From contig CAWJZV010000045.1 in assembly GCA_963847445.1 (NCBI GenBank), forward strand, positions 32,001-96,000: a DNA stretch of 64,000 bases, read 5' to 3'. The notes beneath the pieces are model-generated. The model made no database searches, was not told the origin of the DNA, and was given only the letters and a program-made list of their open reading frames with translations. This document shows positions 1 to 10,928 of the stretch, piece after piece. A program made the position numbers and the translations under genes. The stretch comes from an uncultured delta proteobacterium (lineage in GTDB: Bacteria; Desulfobacterota; Binatia; UBA9968). Each line of letters begins with the position of its first letter. The first letter of the stretch is position 1.

Positions 1-961
1 GGGTTAGCTCGCTATCGGCTTTCTTGGCAAAGCTGAAATCGTAGGCGCGCTCGATGGGCACTTCCTTGGTGACTTTGAGGACCTCGCGAACGATGTCGAG
101 ATCGTTTTTCTGGGTTTCTTCGTCGACCACGCCGTTGGTCGTAAAAGTTCCGATCATGCCGTCGTAAGTGCGCGCGGCCAAGTCCCTGTTTAACTCGGAA
201 AATTTCATCATCACATCCATCGCGACCTCGCGGTTCTGCTTGACCAGGCGCAGGGCTTTGAGCAGGGCGCGCATGAATCCATGCATCAACTTGGGTTTTT
301 CTTTGATGAATTGGTCGTTGGTTGCCATCGTGCCCCAGGAATTTTTCACTTCTTTGCCCAGATACAAGATCTCTTTCATGCCTTGATCGAGGGCGGCAAA
401 GCGTTCCTCGGAACTCAATAGGCCGCCATCCACGACCCCTGACTGTAGCGCCGCAAGGCGCTGGCCCGGCGGCAGGGCGAGAAAGGTCAAATCCTTGTTG
501 GCGTCGAGGCCGTACTTCGGGGCAATTTTTTTCAACATGAACGTCGCCACCGAGGCGACGCCGGTGACGGCGATCTTTTTATTCTTTAGATCTTTAAAAG
601 CGCTGTACTGGGGCCGGACCATGAGCCACTGCAGCACCTGATCGGTGACCGCCAGGACGGTTTTGAGCGGCGCGTTGCCTTGAGTGACGGCGACCAGGGC
701 GCTGCTGCCGGAACCGGTGAAATCCATTTCACCGGCGAGCACCGCTTGCAGGCCCGGGGTCGAGGCCATGACGACGATATTGAGATCGATCCCTTCCTCT
801 TTCATATAACCCCGCTCCTTGGCGAGCGGAAAGATGATGAACTGAAACGACTTGGACGGCAGGGTGACGTTGATTTTATCGAGGGCGAATGCCGCTTTGC
901 CGGAAAACAACAACACGCCGATCAGCAGCGGTGAGATCATCGACCGGATTAAGATATTCAT
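1..961 (-). CDS. ABC transporter substrate-binding protein, NMT1/SsuA/THI5-like (3' end runs off the window)
   Basis: Read by hand on the minus strand from ATG 961, with a GGAGG RBS at 971-975: MNILIRSMISPLLIGVLLFSGKAAFALDKINVTLPSKSFQFIIFPLAKERGYMKEEGIDL... Signal peptide plus NMT1-type motifs; frame open to the window edge. Confidence 0.85.
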   Translation of the reverse strand, partial: MNILIRSMISPLLIGVLLFSGKAAFALDKINVTLPSKSFQFIIFPLAKERGYMKEEGIDLNIVVMASTPGLQAVLAGEMDFTGSGSSALVAVTQGNAPLKTVLAVTDQVLQWLMVRPQYSAFKDLKNKKIAVTGVASVATFMLKKIAPKYGLDANKDLTFLALPPGQRLAALQSGVVDGGLLSSEERFAALDQGMKEILYLGKEVKNSWGTMATNDQFIKEKPKLMHGFMRALLKALRLVKQNREVAMDVMMKFSELNRDLAARTYDGMIGTFTTNGVVDEETQKNDLDIVREVLKVTKEVPIERAYDFSFAKKADSELT

Positions 962-1193
962 CGTTCAGTTCCTCCTGGAAATAAGTTGCCGAACCGGCGG
1001 CGAAAACCGCTCACGCCCACATTATAAAAGTCAATTTTCTATGTCGAGGGGAAAGTTAAGGGTTTACCGGCTTGTGTCCTGACGTTGTCGCTGACGATGA
1101 AAGGTGTGAGGTGTGCGAGACGATTTTCCGGCGGAAGGAAGCGGCACCTGGCGGGACGGGCAAACGCCGAGCCGGACAGGTCGCGGCCTGGTC

Positions 1194-2117
1194 TTAGAAC
1201 ACAATCCGGGTGGGCGCACGGACTGGTGAAATTGACAGTGGTCGAAGCGGTCCCGACTGGCAGCGAATTGAAGTTTTGGCAGTGAATTGAGCAACAGGCC
1301 GAGCCCTGTCGCGGACAATGCTCAGCTCGTTTCCGCCGATCACCCGCGCATCATCGGCGCGTACGTAGCCTGGAGGATTGCCGCGCTTGGACCGCACTTC
1401 CAGCCAACCTGCGGCAGAACTTACGACGTTGATCCTGGTTCCGCCGCCGATTTGCGAGATAACGCGCGCGGCCGATGACGGATTTTCATATACCGACGTC
1501 GCTCGGGTTGTCTCATAGACACCCGGAGCGGCTGTTGGTCTTGCCGTCGCTGGCTGAGGCAGCGAGCCAGCGGCGTCCGTCGCGCGCGAGGCTGTTCTTC
1601 TCGCCACCGGAGAGCGGCTCGCGGTCGGACGATCTAATTGCTGCGCGGCGGCGCTCACGCGTTGCTTTGCCAGCGAAAGTTCTTTCTGGCTTGCTTCGAG
1701 TTTAACCTTCATTTCGGCGAGCTGATTGGCGCTATCGTTCAGCTGTTGGCGCGTTTGCGCAAGTTGCCCTTCCTGACTTTGAATTATTTGATCTTTTCCT
1801 TGGAGCTGCTTGAGGTTGGCCTGAGCAGACAGCGAAAGCTCGCTGCGTTCTCTGTAACCTCCGGCAAAAAAGGCGTTCAAAGCGACAACCAGCATGGCGG
1901 TGAGCCAAATATATTTTGCCGGGATTGAGAATCTCTTGTGATTCTCCGGGCCGATGCTTGTTTGCGCTGATTGCCCGTCGCGCTTGAGCCATTGAGGAGT
2001 AGACTGCGATGACAGATCGGCCTTGCAATAAGGACAATTCGCGGCATCTGTCGCGATACTGTTGGCGCAGTCTGGGCAAAGCCGCGTTTGAGCGGTGGAT
2101 TCTCCGATCATGACCAT
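1194..2117 (-). CDS. Membrane-anchored protein: zinc ribbon, TM helix, coiled coil, C-terminal bacterial SH3 domain
   Basis: CPDC...CPYC ribbon, hydrophobic YIWLTAMLVVALNAFF, heptad-rich segment, SH3b-like VYENPSSAARVISQIGGGTRINVV...WLEVRS...GYV. The tail after SH3 may be read-through from an indel. Confidence 0.7.
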   Translation of the reverse strand: MVMIGESTAQTRLCPDCANSIATDAANCPYCKADLSSQSTPQWLKRDGQSAQTSIGPENHKRFSIPAKYIWLTAMLVVALNAFFAGGYRERSELSLSAQANLKQLQGKDQIIQSQEGQLAQTRQQLNDSANQLAEMKVKLEASQKELSLAKQRVSAAAQQLDRPTASRSPVARRTASRATDAAGSLPQPATARPTAAPGVYETTRATSVYENPSSAARVISQIGGGTRINVVSSAAGWLEVRSKRGNPPGYVRADDARVIGGNELSIVRDRARPVAQFTAKTSIRCQSGPLRPLSISPVRAPTRIVF

Positions 2118-2295
2118 TATCCTCCTAAGCGCAGGCGTTAACCGGATCCTGGTATTCGCCGAGGCACCGGGGCGGTGTCTTGAAACACCCTTAGCAGCGT
2201 CAAGCGCTATCTGCTTAGACGTTCGGCAACCTCAGTTGTGAATCGTCTTAAGTCGCGCAGTGTGGCCGAGGCTCATCGTTACCCATAAGTTTCAG

Positions 2296-2577
2296 CTGGA
2301 CACGGCGGGTGCGAGAGTGTCAACCAATTATGATAAAGCACTCAAGTCGCGGCGGGTTTTCCGATCCCCCTCTTTGGAAACGAGGGGCTAGGGGAGATTT
2401 GTCGCGCCTACGCAACTCCATTATAGAACTGGAATGCTGCGCTGGTGCTAAAGAAACCTCCCCCCATGCCGCAACCAAATCCCCCTCAATCCCCCTTTTC
2501 CAAAGGGGGAAGGGGTAACTATGAGGCCTCTGCTTCAACCCCGGTGTCCAGCCAATGAGATATGGCGCATGATTAGT
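2296..2577. repeat. MITE/REP-like composite element, copy 1
   Basis: CTGGACACGG ... GTGTCCAG inverted ends, internal CCCCCTCTTTGGAAACGAGGGG hairpin and its inverted copy, and a TGGCGCATGATTAG tail shared with 41037-41298. Confidence 0.65.
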
Positions 2578-2634
2578 GCCGGAGCAGGAGAGGATTGTGG
2601 TCAAGGGAGCGTGCGGTACTCGGCGCGGTCGTCG

Positions 2635-3439
2635 CTATTTCAACGCGTTATTGAGCAACCAAGCCAACCTGATTCCGGCCTGAGCAAGTTTTCTTCGGAC
2701 CACCGGGCGGGCTTTTTCCACGTAATCATCGGTTAGTTCGCCAGAGGTTCCGGTGTTGTATGCGTGCGACCTGACCAACATCAACGATTCATTGGTCCAC
2801 TGTTTGGGGTCGCCGGCCTGCCATTTGCGGCGATCCGCTGCCGTGAGATTCGCTGTCAGCCGCTTGGCGATCTCCTCCTCATTGCCCGTCTCCAAGTCGA
2901 CCAGGTTGGCATCCCAGAAGATAGTGAAGATTGGTTGTTGCGCCTCGGTAAGTCACGGAGATATCGATCCCTCCTCGATCCGCGGCGCGGCCGGCATGAA
3001 GCGGCTGATGCATGTCGCCCACCAGATGGGCGACGTAGCGAAGGGCGAGTCTCCTCATCATGATCGGCGCATGCTTATCGGCGACGGCCGCGGCAAACCA
3101 GTTGAGGGCTTCAACCATGCAGTTTCTCTCCGGGCAGTCGCGTGCTTGATCGTAGCCGCTGGCAGGCTCGGGAATACGGACGTAGTGGAGGGGGTCGAAT
3201 TCACGTATGCTTCGCCCCTCATGGTCCGGCCAAACGGCTGCGTCCGCCAAGGTCATGCCTCCTGGAAGTATCCTTTCAATCTCCTTGCGCGCGTCGACGG
3301 TGAGATGCGCCTGGGCGATCAAACCGACGATTCGGTGGCCTTTGTCGAACCATGAGTTAGCCGGCGTAACCGCGAGCAGGTTGAGGAGCAAAAACGTCGC
3401 GAGAAACGTCGGTGTAAATAAAGCGAGAGCAGAAGACAT
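2635..3439 (-). CDS. S1/P1 nuclease (one frameshift near 2920)
   Basis: Signal peptide, then W-F-D-K-G-H, WPD, HYV, HLVGDMHQPLH, DRGG and NLH..WD motifs. The C-terminus continues in ORF 2635-2895 (KLAQAGIRLAWLLN). Confidence 0.85.
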
Positions 3440-3539
3440 CACGGAACCGGTATATCGGATTTTCGGTTTTAAATTTCGTGCTTGAGTCCGCCGACCTTCG
3501 ATCGGCAATTTGCTTCGGCAACAAGGCGCGCCGCCGCGG

Positions 3540-3947
3540 TCAGCGGTTGGTGTACATCGGTTTGCGATCCCGCAGCGCCAGCCAGCCGCGCACGACTCGG
3601 TAGATGACCCACAGGCCGGCGGCGACGAAAACCACTATCGCAAGCGGAATGCCTATGAAAGTCACAAACAAAAAGCCGCCGATCAGACACCAGAGCAGGC
3701 CAAACCAAAAGGTTCTTATCTGCCAGCGAAAGTGGGACTCGAGAAAGGTGCCGCGCGCCTCTGCTCTCTTCAGGTAGTTGACGATGACGGCGATAATCGA
3801 GGGAATGCCAAAGACGAAGGCGCCGATGATCGACGCAGCGGTGGTTATGCCGATCAGGAGACTGAGGGCGTGCAGAGCATAGATCAGGTGTGTGGCGCTA
3901 ACCAGGGAAGGTGCCGGGTTGGCGTCGATGAGGATTTCTTCGGACAT
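3540..3947 (-). CDS. DUF4870-like small membrane protein
   Basis: IYALHALS...YLKRAEARGTFLESHFRWQIRTFW family signature; three hydrophobic helices. Confidence 0.75.
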   Translation of the reverse strand: MSEEILIDANPAPSLVSATHLIYALHALSLLIGITTAASIIGAFVFGIPSIIAVIVNYLKRAEARGTFLESHFRWQIRTFWFGLLWCLIGGFLFVTFIGIPLAIVVFVAAGLWVIYRVVRGWLALRDRKPMYTNR

Positions 3948-4207
3948 GAGCGTTGCCTCGCAGCGAATCAGACTCTCATCCTGCTCGACCATCGTCGTTA
4001 ATTCAAGTCCATGGGCCGCCAGTTCCGCTGTAAGTGACTTCGCAACTAAAATGCCCAACGTTGCGTGATCTTCAGTGCGCTGAGGTGATCTTGAATGGCT
4101 GCGGCAAGTCTTGTCTTGAAAGGAGCTCGGGTTTTCTAACCCGCGATTAAAACACGCGGACAGGAATGTCCGCGCTCCAATGTCCGCGCTCCCATGGCCA
4201 CGCGCCT

Positions 4208-6330
4208 TTATCGCATCACCAGCAAGGCGTCGACGGCGAAGGCGCCTTGGCCGGCTGGCAGCACCACCACTGGATTCAAATCGAACTCGGCGATCTCATT
4301 CCTGAGATCGTGGGCAAGCCAAGAGAGCTTGGCGGCCATGTCGGCCAGGGCGTCGAGGTCTGCCGCCGCTGCGCCGCGCACGCCGGTGAAGACTTTGGCG
4401 CCTTTCAAACTTGCCAGCGCGCGCTTGGCTTCGGCGGCGCTGATGGGCGGGATGCTAATCTGCACGTCGGCGAGGATTTCCACGAAGACGCCGCCCAAGC
4501 CCATCACCAAAGTCGGGCCGAGTTGTTCGTCGCGGGCGATGCCGAGCAGGCATTCGACGCCTTTGATTTGGTTTTGCACCAATACGCCTTCGATTCTGGC
4601 GTCGGGCTTTTTCGTGCGCACGTTGGCGAGCATTTCTTCGTAAGCATTCTCGACCGCGGTGCGATTTTCCAAGCCAAGACGCAGGGCGCCGAACTCGGTC
4701 TTATGCGGGATGTCGACTGAAGCGATTTTCAGCACACAGGGATAGCCGAGCTTTTCCGCGGCGCTGACCGCTTCGCCGGCTGATTGCGCGATCACCGCTG
4801 GGGCGAGCGAGATGCCGTAGGATTGCAGCAGCTTGTCGGTGTCCTGGTACGACACGACGCCGGAGTCGAAGGATAGAAGGTTCGGTTGCGCACTCGACCT
4901 GGTCGGCGGCTGGAAGCGGCCGATGGCGCGGTCGCGTTCGTTTTTACGCAGCCGGCTCATGGCGCGAACGGATTTGCGATAGTCGCCGGTGAAGGTCAGG
5001 CTCAAGGCTATTCAACTTGTCGTACCACACTTGCGCCGGCGGCTCGCTGGCGCGGGTGAGGACGAAGACGCGCTTGTCGTTGGCTTTGCTCAGCGCGGAG
5101 ATCTGCGTGTACAGCTTCTCCGCCGCCGGCGTGATCGCTTCGGGCAGATTCAAGCGCACACCGAGCATGTCGAAGTTGGCTTCGGCGAAAAACTTCTCCA
5201 GGCAGCGGTCGAAGCCCTCCGGTTTCATGCGCTGCAAGTCTTCGACGTCGAGCGGGTTGCCGAGCACGGTCGGCTTGTCGAGCGCTTCGACCATGACTTG
5301 CTGGGTTGCCGGGCTCAGCTCCGGCAGGTTGAGACCTTCCTGGTCGGCGATGTCGCAGAGCAGCGTGCAGTCGCCGCCGGAGATCGTCATCAAACCGACA
5401 CCGCGCTCATGTTTGTCCGGGCGCAGTCGCGCGCCGGCAAACAGCGCCGTGGTGTCGATCAGATCGTCGAGGTCGTTGACGATGATCGCGCCATGTTGCT
5501 CGAAGAAGGCGTCCCAAGCCGCGGCCGAGCCGGCGAGCTGGCCGGTGTGGGCGATGACGTTTTTCTTGGCGCGCTCGGTGCGGCCGGCGCGCAGGATCAA
5601 GACCGCTTTGCCATTGATTATCGCGCGGTCGAGGGCGGCGGCGAAGCGTTCCGGCTCTTTGGGCGCCGCTTCGAAATAGCAGGAGATGACGTCGATCTCG
5701 GCACATTCGGCCTGGTAGCCGAGATAGTCGGCGGAGTTGAGGACGATCTCGTTGCCGCCGCTGGCGCAGAGGTGAAAGCCCAAACCGCGCTTGACGCCAA
5801 AGTTCATCAATAAATTCATCATGCCGCTGCTCTGAAAAATGCAGCCGATATTGCCGGGGCGGATGTTCTTCGGTAGTTCGCCGCCCCAGATGCCGAGCTT
5901 GGAGCGCAGCGCGACGAAGCCCATGCAGTTGGGGCCCAGGAGCTTCAAGTTCGCCGCTTTGGCCGCGGCGGTGACATCTTGCTGGATCTTCTTTCCCGCT
6001 TCGCCGCCTTCGGCGAAACCGTCGGCGAAAATCACCGCGGCCGTGACGCCTTTTCTGCCGACATCCTCGACGACGGCGAGCACGTTCTGGGTATTGACGG
6101 CAATCACCGCGAGCGGCAGCTCGCCGGGAACGTCGAGTATGCTCGGATAAGCCTTCAAGCCCGAAGACTTCGGGACGGCCAGGATTGATCGGCACGACTT
6201 TCGATATGTCGAAACCGAAGTTCTGCAGATTCTTAAAAACATTGACGGCGTAGTGATTGCGGTCGCTGGCGCCGATGATGGCGAGACGATCGGCTTCGAA
6301 GAGCGGCGCCAAAGGTTGATTGCTGGCCAT
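4208..6330 (-). CDS. Acyl-CoA synthetase (NDP-forming, acetate-CoA ligase family); two frameshifts (~6160, ~5010)
   Basis: CoA-binding AIIGAS, GPNCMG, QSSG, AHTG phospho-His motif, NPLD, and C-terminal ATP-grasp (GYPCVLKI, HKTE, DLNP), spread over three ORFs. Confidence 0.88.
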
Positions 6331-6414
6331 GACGAGCCTCCTGGGATGAATAAGACTGCTGGTGCGATTTCGCTCTATCGCAGTTGGAAATAGTTGTCTA
6401 TGGCAGAACGAAGA

Positions 6415-6630
6415 GTTGGAGTGATGGAGTAATGGAGTGTTGGAGTGATGGTTTCTTGGACGATGTCAGATACGTTCACTTACTTCAGGAGGAACACGCA
6501 GGTAGTTAATGGAGGGATTTCTCGCTGTGCTCGAAATGACATGTTTGCAATGACAGGTTTGCTTGGTGTCGCTGGATTCAACCAGCCGGATCGCGTCCGA
6601 ACCCAATACTCCAGTACTCCATCACTCCAA
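6415..6630. repeat. GGAGTRAT short tandem repeat with an inverted copy
   Basis: TGGAGTGATGGAGTAATGGAGTGTTGGAGTGATGG at 6417-6451 and inverted TACTCCAGTACTCCATCACTCCAA at 6607-6630. Confidence 0.75.
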
Positions 6631-6635
6631 CTACT

Positions 6636-7307
6636 TCACCCGACGTGCCGCGCCAAGAATTCCAGGGTGCGCTCGCGGGCGAGCTGGCCGGCTTCTGGGT
6701 GGAATCTGTCGGCGCGGCTCGGGTTGTCAAAGCCATGCTGGGCGGCGGGATACATGTTGATCGGAACGGTCGGCTGGGCTTGGTGAAACAGATCGATACG
6801 TTCTTGCGGCATGGTCGTGTCTGCGCTGCCGATATGGGCGATGACGGGACAGCGCGCGGTTTCAAGCGCGAAGTCCGGCATCATTGAACCGTAATAAGCG
6901 ACAGCGGCGGCGTAGTCGCGGCGGCAGGCGGCGAGCCACGCCAGCGTGCCGCCCCAGCAGAAGCCGACGATGGCAACTTTCCCGGCTTCCAAGACAACAT
7001 TCTTGCCGGCGTCGAGATCGTCGAGGGCGTGCTCCCAGTTCCAGTTCTTGTAGATCGTCTGGGCGAGATCGTGGTTTGCTTGGGTATATTCCAGAACGAG
7101 GCCGCGTTGGCGCCGGTCGTAGAGTGCCGGTGCGATGGTGAGATAACCCTGGGCGGCGTAGAAATCGCAGGTATCGCGCAGATAGCTGGTGACGCCGTAC
7201 ATTTCTTGAGCGATCACGATGGCGCCGTGCGGCTTATTTGCCGGCCGCGCCAGATAGGCATCGAGGGTATGGCCGTCGCGGGCGGTGATTTGGGTCATTG
7301 TACCCAT
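6636..7307 (-). CDS. Dienelactone hydrolase family protein
   Basis: QEMYGV, GFCWGG nucleophile motif, YYG, AQHGF. Confidence 0.9.
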   Translation of the reverse strand: MGTMTQITARDGHTLDAYLARPANKPHGAIVIAQEMYGVTSYLRDTCDFYAAQGYLTIAPALYDRRQRGLVLEYTQANHDLAQTIYKNWNWEHALDDLDAGKNVVLEAGKVAIVGFCWGGTLAWLAACRRDYAAAVAYYGSMMPDFALETARCPVIAHIGSADTTMPQERIDLFHQAQPTVPINMYPAAQHGFDNPSRADRFHPEAGQLARERTLEFLARHVG

Positions 7308-7368
7308 GTCATTTTTCCGAGTTTGGCGATGGGTATCGCTTTGCTCCACCCATCCTTCTGGATTCTGC

Positions 7369-8736
7369 TCATGACAGTGTCAGCAAGCTCGCCACCTTCC
7401 GCACGTTATCGACAGTCTCAAGGTTCTGCACGGTGGTGATGAGATTTCTAGCGCGGTCTTCCGACAGCAGGGCTTTGACGTTGCCGCGAAATTTCTCGGT
7501 CACTTCTTCTTCGGTCATCGGATTGCGCGGGTCGCCTTTGGCGATCTTCGCCGTGTAGCTGTGGCGGGTGCCGTCCTTCAATTCGACGCTGACCGGGCAG
7601 TAGGGGCCGGGCTCGGGGATCGACTCATCGCAGATGACTTGAACCTTGCTGAAGGCGTCTTGCACTTTAGGCTCGTTGACTTTCTCGTCGGTGAAAGTGG
7701 CGATCTCCAGCTTGCCGTCGAGAAAGCACATGGCGACGACGTAGTTGATGGCGAACTTGCCGCGCAGGCCGGTTTTGACCTCGGCCGAGTAGTGGCGCGC
7801 GTAGCGTTTGGGCGGGATGCTGACTTCCATCTTGGCGACATCGGCGAAATTGATTTTGTGTTGACGCTTCAATTGCAACGCGGCGTCGGCGGCGAGGAAC
7901 TGCGGCGCGCTGCATGGGTGCCATTTGAGGCCGATGCCGGGCGAATCGAGAAAGTAAGGTGCGCCGATGTCGGCCACCATTTTCTCATAATCGCAGGTGT
8001 CCGGGCCGAAGAAGGTGTCGCAGAAGCCGCGCGGCGCTTCGAAGATGGCGGCGTCGGCGGTGAAACCTTTGCTCGCCAGTATTGCAGCCTCGGCGCCGTT
8101 GCGCGCGGAGTTGCCGGCGTGAAACGGTTTGACCATTGAGCCTTGCTGACGATGGATACCGCCAGCGCCGGAGGCGGCGACACCGAGAGCGGCTTTGATT
8201 TTGTCGACGGGTAGTTTCAACAAGCTGGCACAGGCGATGGTGGCGCCGAGGCTGCCAAAGACCGGCGTGCTGTGAAAGCCGCGGTCCTGGACATTGGGCG
8301 CGTTGGCGGCGATCTTACAAATCACTTCGATGCCGAGCACGTAGGCTTTGAGCAGGTCTTTGCCGGAAGCGCCGAGATGCTCTGCCAACGGCAACGCCGC
8401 GCCGACGATCATACTCGACGGATGACCGACATGGATAAAGGCATCCCAGTCGTCGTAATCGAGGGCGTGGGCCAGCAGGCCATTGGCGAAGGCGGCGGTG
8501 CTGACAGAGGCTTTTGCCGGGGTGCCCCAGATCGACGACTCGTTACGCGCGCCCAGTCCTTGGCAATAATCGAGCGCGATCGCCGCGACCTCGGTGGACA
8601 CGCCAGCAAGGGCGACGCCGAGGGTGTCGAGGATATGCAGCTTGGCTTCGGCCAAAGTTTTCCCCGACATGGTCGACATGTCAGTGTCGTTAACAAAGCG
8701 TGCGAGCAGGTCGGTGACCGGCGGAGGTGTTGCCAT
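7369..8736 (-). CDS. MmgE/PrpD family protein
   Basis: DTLGVALAG, NGLLAHALDYDD, GHP, GFH, KPFHAG, KWHPC motifs. Confidence 0.9.
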   Translation of the reverse strand: MATPPPVTDLLARFVNDTDMSTMSGKTLAEAKLHILDTLGVALAGVSTEVAAIALDYCQGLGARNESSIWGTPAKASVSTAAFANGLLAHALDYDDWDAFIHVGHPSSMIVGAALPLAEHLGASGKDLLKAYVLGIEVICKIAANAPNVQDRGFHSTPVFGSLGATIACASLLKLPVDKIKAALGVAASGAGGIHRQQGSMVKPFHAGNSARNGAEAAILASKGFTADAAIFEAPRGFCDTFFGPDTCDYEKMVADIGAPYFLDSPGIGLKWHPCSAPQFLAADAALQLKRQHKINFADVAKMEVSIPPKRYARHYSAEVKTGLRGKFAINYVVAMCFLDGKLEIATFTDEKVNEPKVQDAFSKVQVICDESIPEPGPYCPVSVELKDGTRHSYTAKIAKGDPRNPMTEEEVTEKFRGNVKALLSEDRARNLITTVQNLETVDNVRKVASLLTLS

Positions 8737-8782
8737 CTTGTTCTCCCGCGAAATGGGCGATATGAAAGTTCATTATCGGATT

Positions 8783-8865
8783 AAGGCGGCAATAGGCAAC
8801 AGGCAAGGGGAAAGTAAAAAGTAAAAAGGCAAAAATAAAAAGGTAAAATGCCAAGATGCCAAGAC
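8783..8865. repeat. Mosaic of short heptamer-like tandem repeats in a divergent intergenic region
   Basis: GGCAATA-GGCAACA-GGCAAGG, then AAAGTAA-AAAGTAA-AAAGGCA..., then TGCCAAGA x2. Confidence 0.55.
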
Positions 8866-8913
8866 GAAAGAGGCATCGGCCGATAGCAAGAAATTAATTA
8901 AGGAGACAGAAGC

Positions 8914-10089
8914 ATGAGCGGTTGTTTAGACGGCATCAAGGTTTTGGAGTTGGGTAATTTTATTTCCGGACCGTACGGCGCGATGTTGCTGGCGGACATG
9001 GGCGCGGAAGTTATTAAAGTCGAGAATCCCAAGGGCGGCGACCCGTTTCGCGGTTGGGATTTCGGCGGCGATCAGCCGAACTTCTGGGCCTATAATCGCG
9101 GCAAGAAGAGCGTCACGCTGAATTTACAGACTCCCGAGGGCAAGGAAGTCTTCTACGGTTTGGTCAAGCAGTCTGACGTGGTGATGGACAACTATCGTCC
9201 CGGCGTGACCAAGAAGCTCGGCATCGACTTCGAGTCGCTGAGCAAGATCAATCCGAAAATAGTTTGCTGCTCGATCACCGGCACCGGCCCATCGGGACCC
9301 TATGTGAAACGGCCGGCGTACGACACCGTGGGCCAGGGCATGGGCGGCATGATGAGCGTGTTGATGGACCCAAAAAATCCCAAACCGGTGGGGCCGGCCT
9401 ACGCCGACGGTTTGAGCGGCATGTTCTCGGCGCTGGGGGTCTTGGGCGCGCTGGTGGCGCGCGCGTCCACCGGTAAGGGCCAGCAGGTCGACGCGACCAT
9501 GGTCGGATCGATCCTCGCTTTCCTGAACGCGCCGGCGACCGAAACGCTGGCCCATGGAAGAATCCCCGGACCGTACACCCGGCCGCGCCAGTCGCAGACC
9601 TATGCGTTCGCCTGCGCCGACGGCGCCATGCTGGCGATTCATCTGTCGTCGCCGCAAAAATTTTGGGAAGGGCTGTGCAATTCGGTCGGCCATCCGGAGA
9701 TAATCGAAGACCCGCGCTTCAAGTCGCGGCCGGACCGGCGCGCCAATTATGACGAGCTTAACAAGACCTTCGCGGTGTTTTTCAAAGAACAGCCGCGCGC
9801 CCATTGGGTCGAGCAACTCGAAGCCAACGACGTGCCGCACACGCCGGTGTACAACCTGAAAGAAGTCTTCGACGATCCGCAGGTCAAACATATGGGCATG
9901 CAGATCGCCATCGAGCGCAAAGACAAGCCGACGATCAAAACTGTGAAGTTTCCATTGACCCACAGCGATACGCCGTCGCCGTTTCCTTCGCCGCCGCCCG
10001 AGCTGGGCGAGAACAATGGCGAGTTTTTGAATGCGCTGGGCTACGACGAGGCGAAGATCGCTGAGTTCAAGGAGAAGGGGATTATCTAA
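8914..10089 (+). CDS. CoA-transferase family III (CaiB/BaiF), paralog 1
   Basis: LDGIKVLEL, GPYGAMLLADMGAEVIKVE, NRGKKS, NYRPG, PAYD, PPELGE. Confidence 0.93.
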   Translation: MSGCLDGIKVLELGNFISGPYGAMLLADMGAEVIKVENPKGGDPFRGWDFGGDQPNFWAYNRGKKSVTLNLQTPEGKEVFYGLVKQSDVVMDNYRPGVTKKLGIDFESLSKINPKIVCCSITGTGPSGPYVKRPAYDTVGQGMGGMMSVLMDPKNPKPVGPAYADGLSGMFSALGVLGALVARASTGKGQQVDATMVGSILAFLNAPATETLAHGRIPGPYTRPRQSQTYAFACADGAMLAIHLSSPQKFWEGLCNSVGHPEIIEDPRFKSRPDRRANYDELNKTFAVFFKEQPRAHWVEQLEANDVPHTPVYNLKEVFDDPQVKHMGMQIAIERKDKPTIKTVKFPLTHSDTPSPFPSPPPELGENNGEFLNALGYDEAKIAEFKEKGII

Positions 10090-10207
10090 ATTCTCACGCA
10101 AATTCGTGTCTATGTTCGCCAAGTCGTGGTTCGCTCATGCCAAGGACGGCTGGCATCGGTTTTGACGGCGGCGTCGCGTTCGTGTATACCTAATTTGGCA
10201 TGTAAGC

Positions 10208-10550
10208 ATGATTGACAAACCCATCGTCTGGATAGGATCGTCACGGCGCGATCTACGTGATTTTCCAGACGAAGCCCGTCGCAAGGCTGGATTTGAATTG
10301 AGAGCCCTCCAACAAGGGGACGAGCCCAGCGACTTCAAACCGATGCCAACGATAGGTCCTGGCGTTTATGAAATCCGTATCCTAACCGGCGACGCTTTTC
10401 CGGGTATTTTACTTGAGCAAATTTGATGAAGGTGTCTATGTCCTCCACGCGTTCCAAAAGAAAAGTCAAAAAACCTCCAAGCAAGATATCGCGATCGGCC
10501 GGCAGCGTTTCAAAACAGCGCGACAGGTTCACAAAGAAACTGGAAAATGA
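10208..10550 (+). CDS. RelE/HigB-like toxin (Gp49/DUF891 type); frameshift at ~10397
   Basis: IVWIGSSRRDLRDFPDEARRKAGFEL...DFKPMPTIGPGVYEIRI; removing one T gives FRVFYLSKFDEGVYVLHAFQKKSQKT...TGA at 10548-10550. Confidence 0.85.
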
Positions 10551-10848
10551 CCCTTTAGACAAGAGTGTTATCAAGGGAAGTTCCAATGTCTTCGAAGACT
10601 TGGGCTTTAACCCAGGCGAAGCGGCGAACCTGAAAATCCGTGCCGATTTAATGCTCGATTTACGCCGGCATATTCTAAATAATGGCTGGACTCAGGCGCA
10701 GGCGGCAGAATTCTTCGGCGAGACACAACCGCGTATTAGCAATCTCTTGAAAGGGGAAATCAGCCGATTCAGCGTGGACAAGTTGATTGTCATGCTGGCG
10801 AGAGCTGGAATTACGGTTCGCGTCGAAACGAAGCGGCGAGCGGCGTGA
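10547..10848 (+). CDS. HigA-like XRE helix-turn-helix antitoxin
   Basis: GSSNVFEDLGF...WTQAQAAEFFGETQPRISNLLKGEISRFSVDKL. ATG 10547 overlaps the toxin stop but needs one extra C in the CCC run to enter this frame. Confidence 0.85.
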
Positions 10849-10928
10849 TCTAAGAACTTATAATCTCTCGATGTGAGGAAATCGCGCGCTAGAGGATGAC
10901 GAAAGAATTATTGGATTGAGGAGTGGGC

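Noticed and set aside
9124-10122. Long antisense ORFs such as this one (also 49007-50083, 59870-60697, 4989-5813)
   Set aside because: Shadow frames of real genes, expected from GC-rich codon bias.
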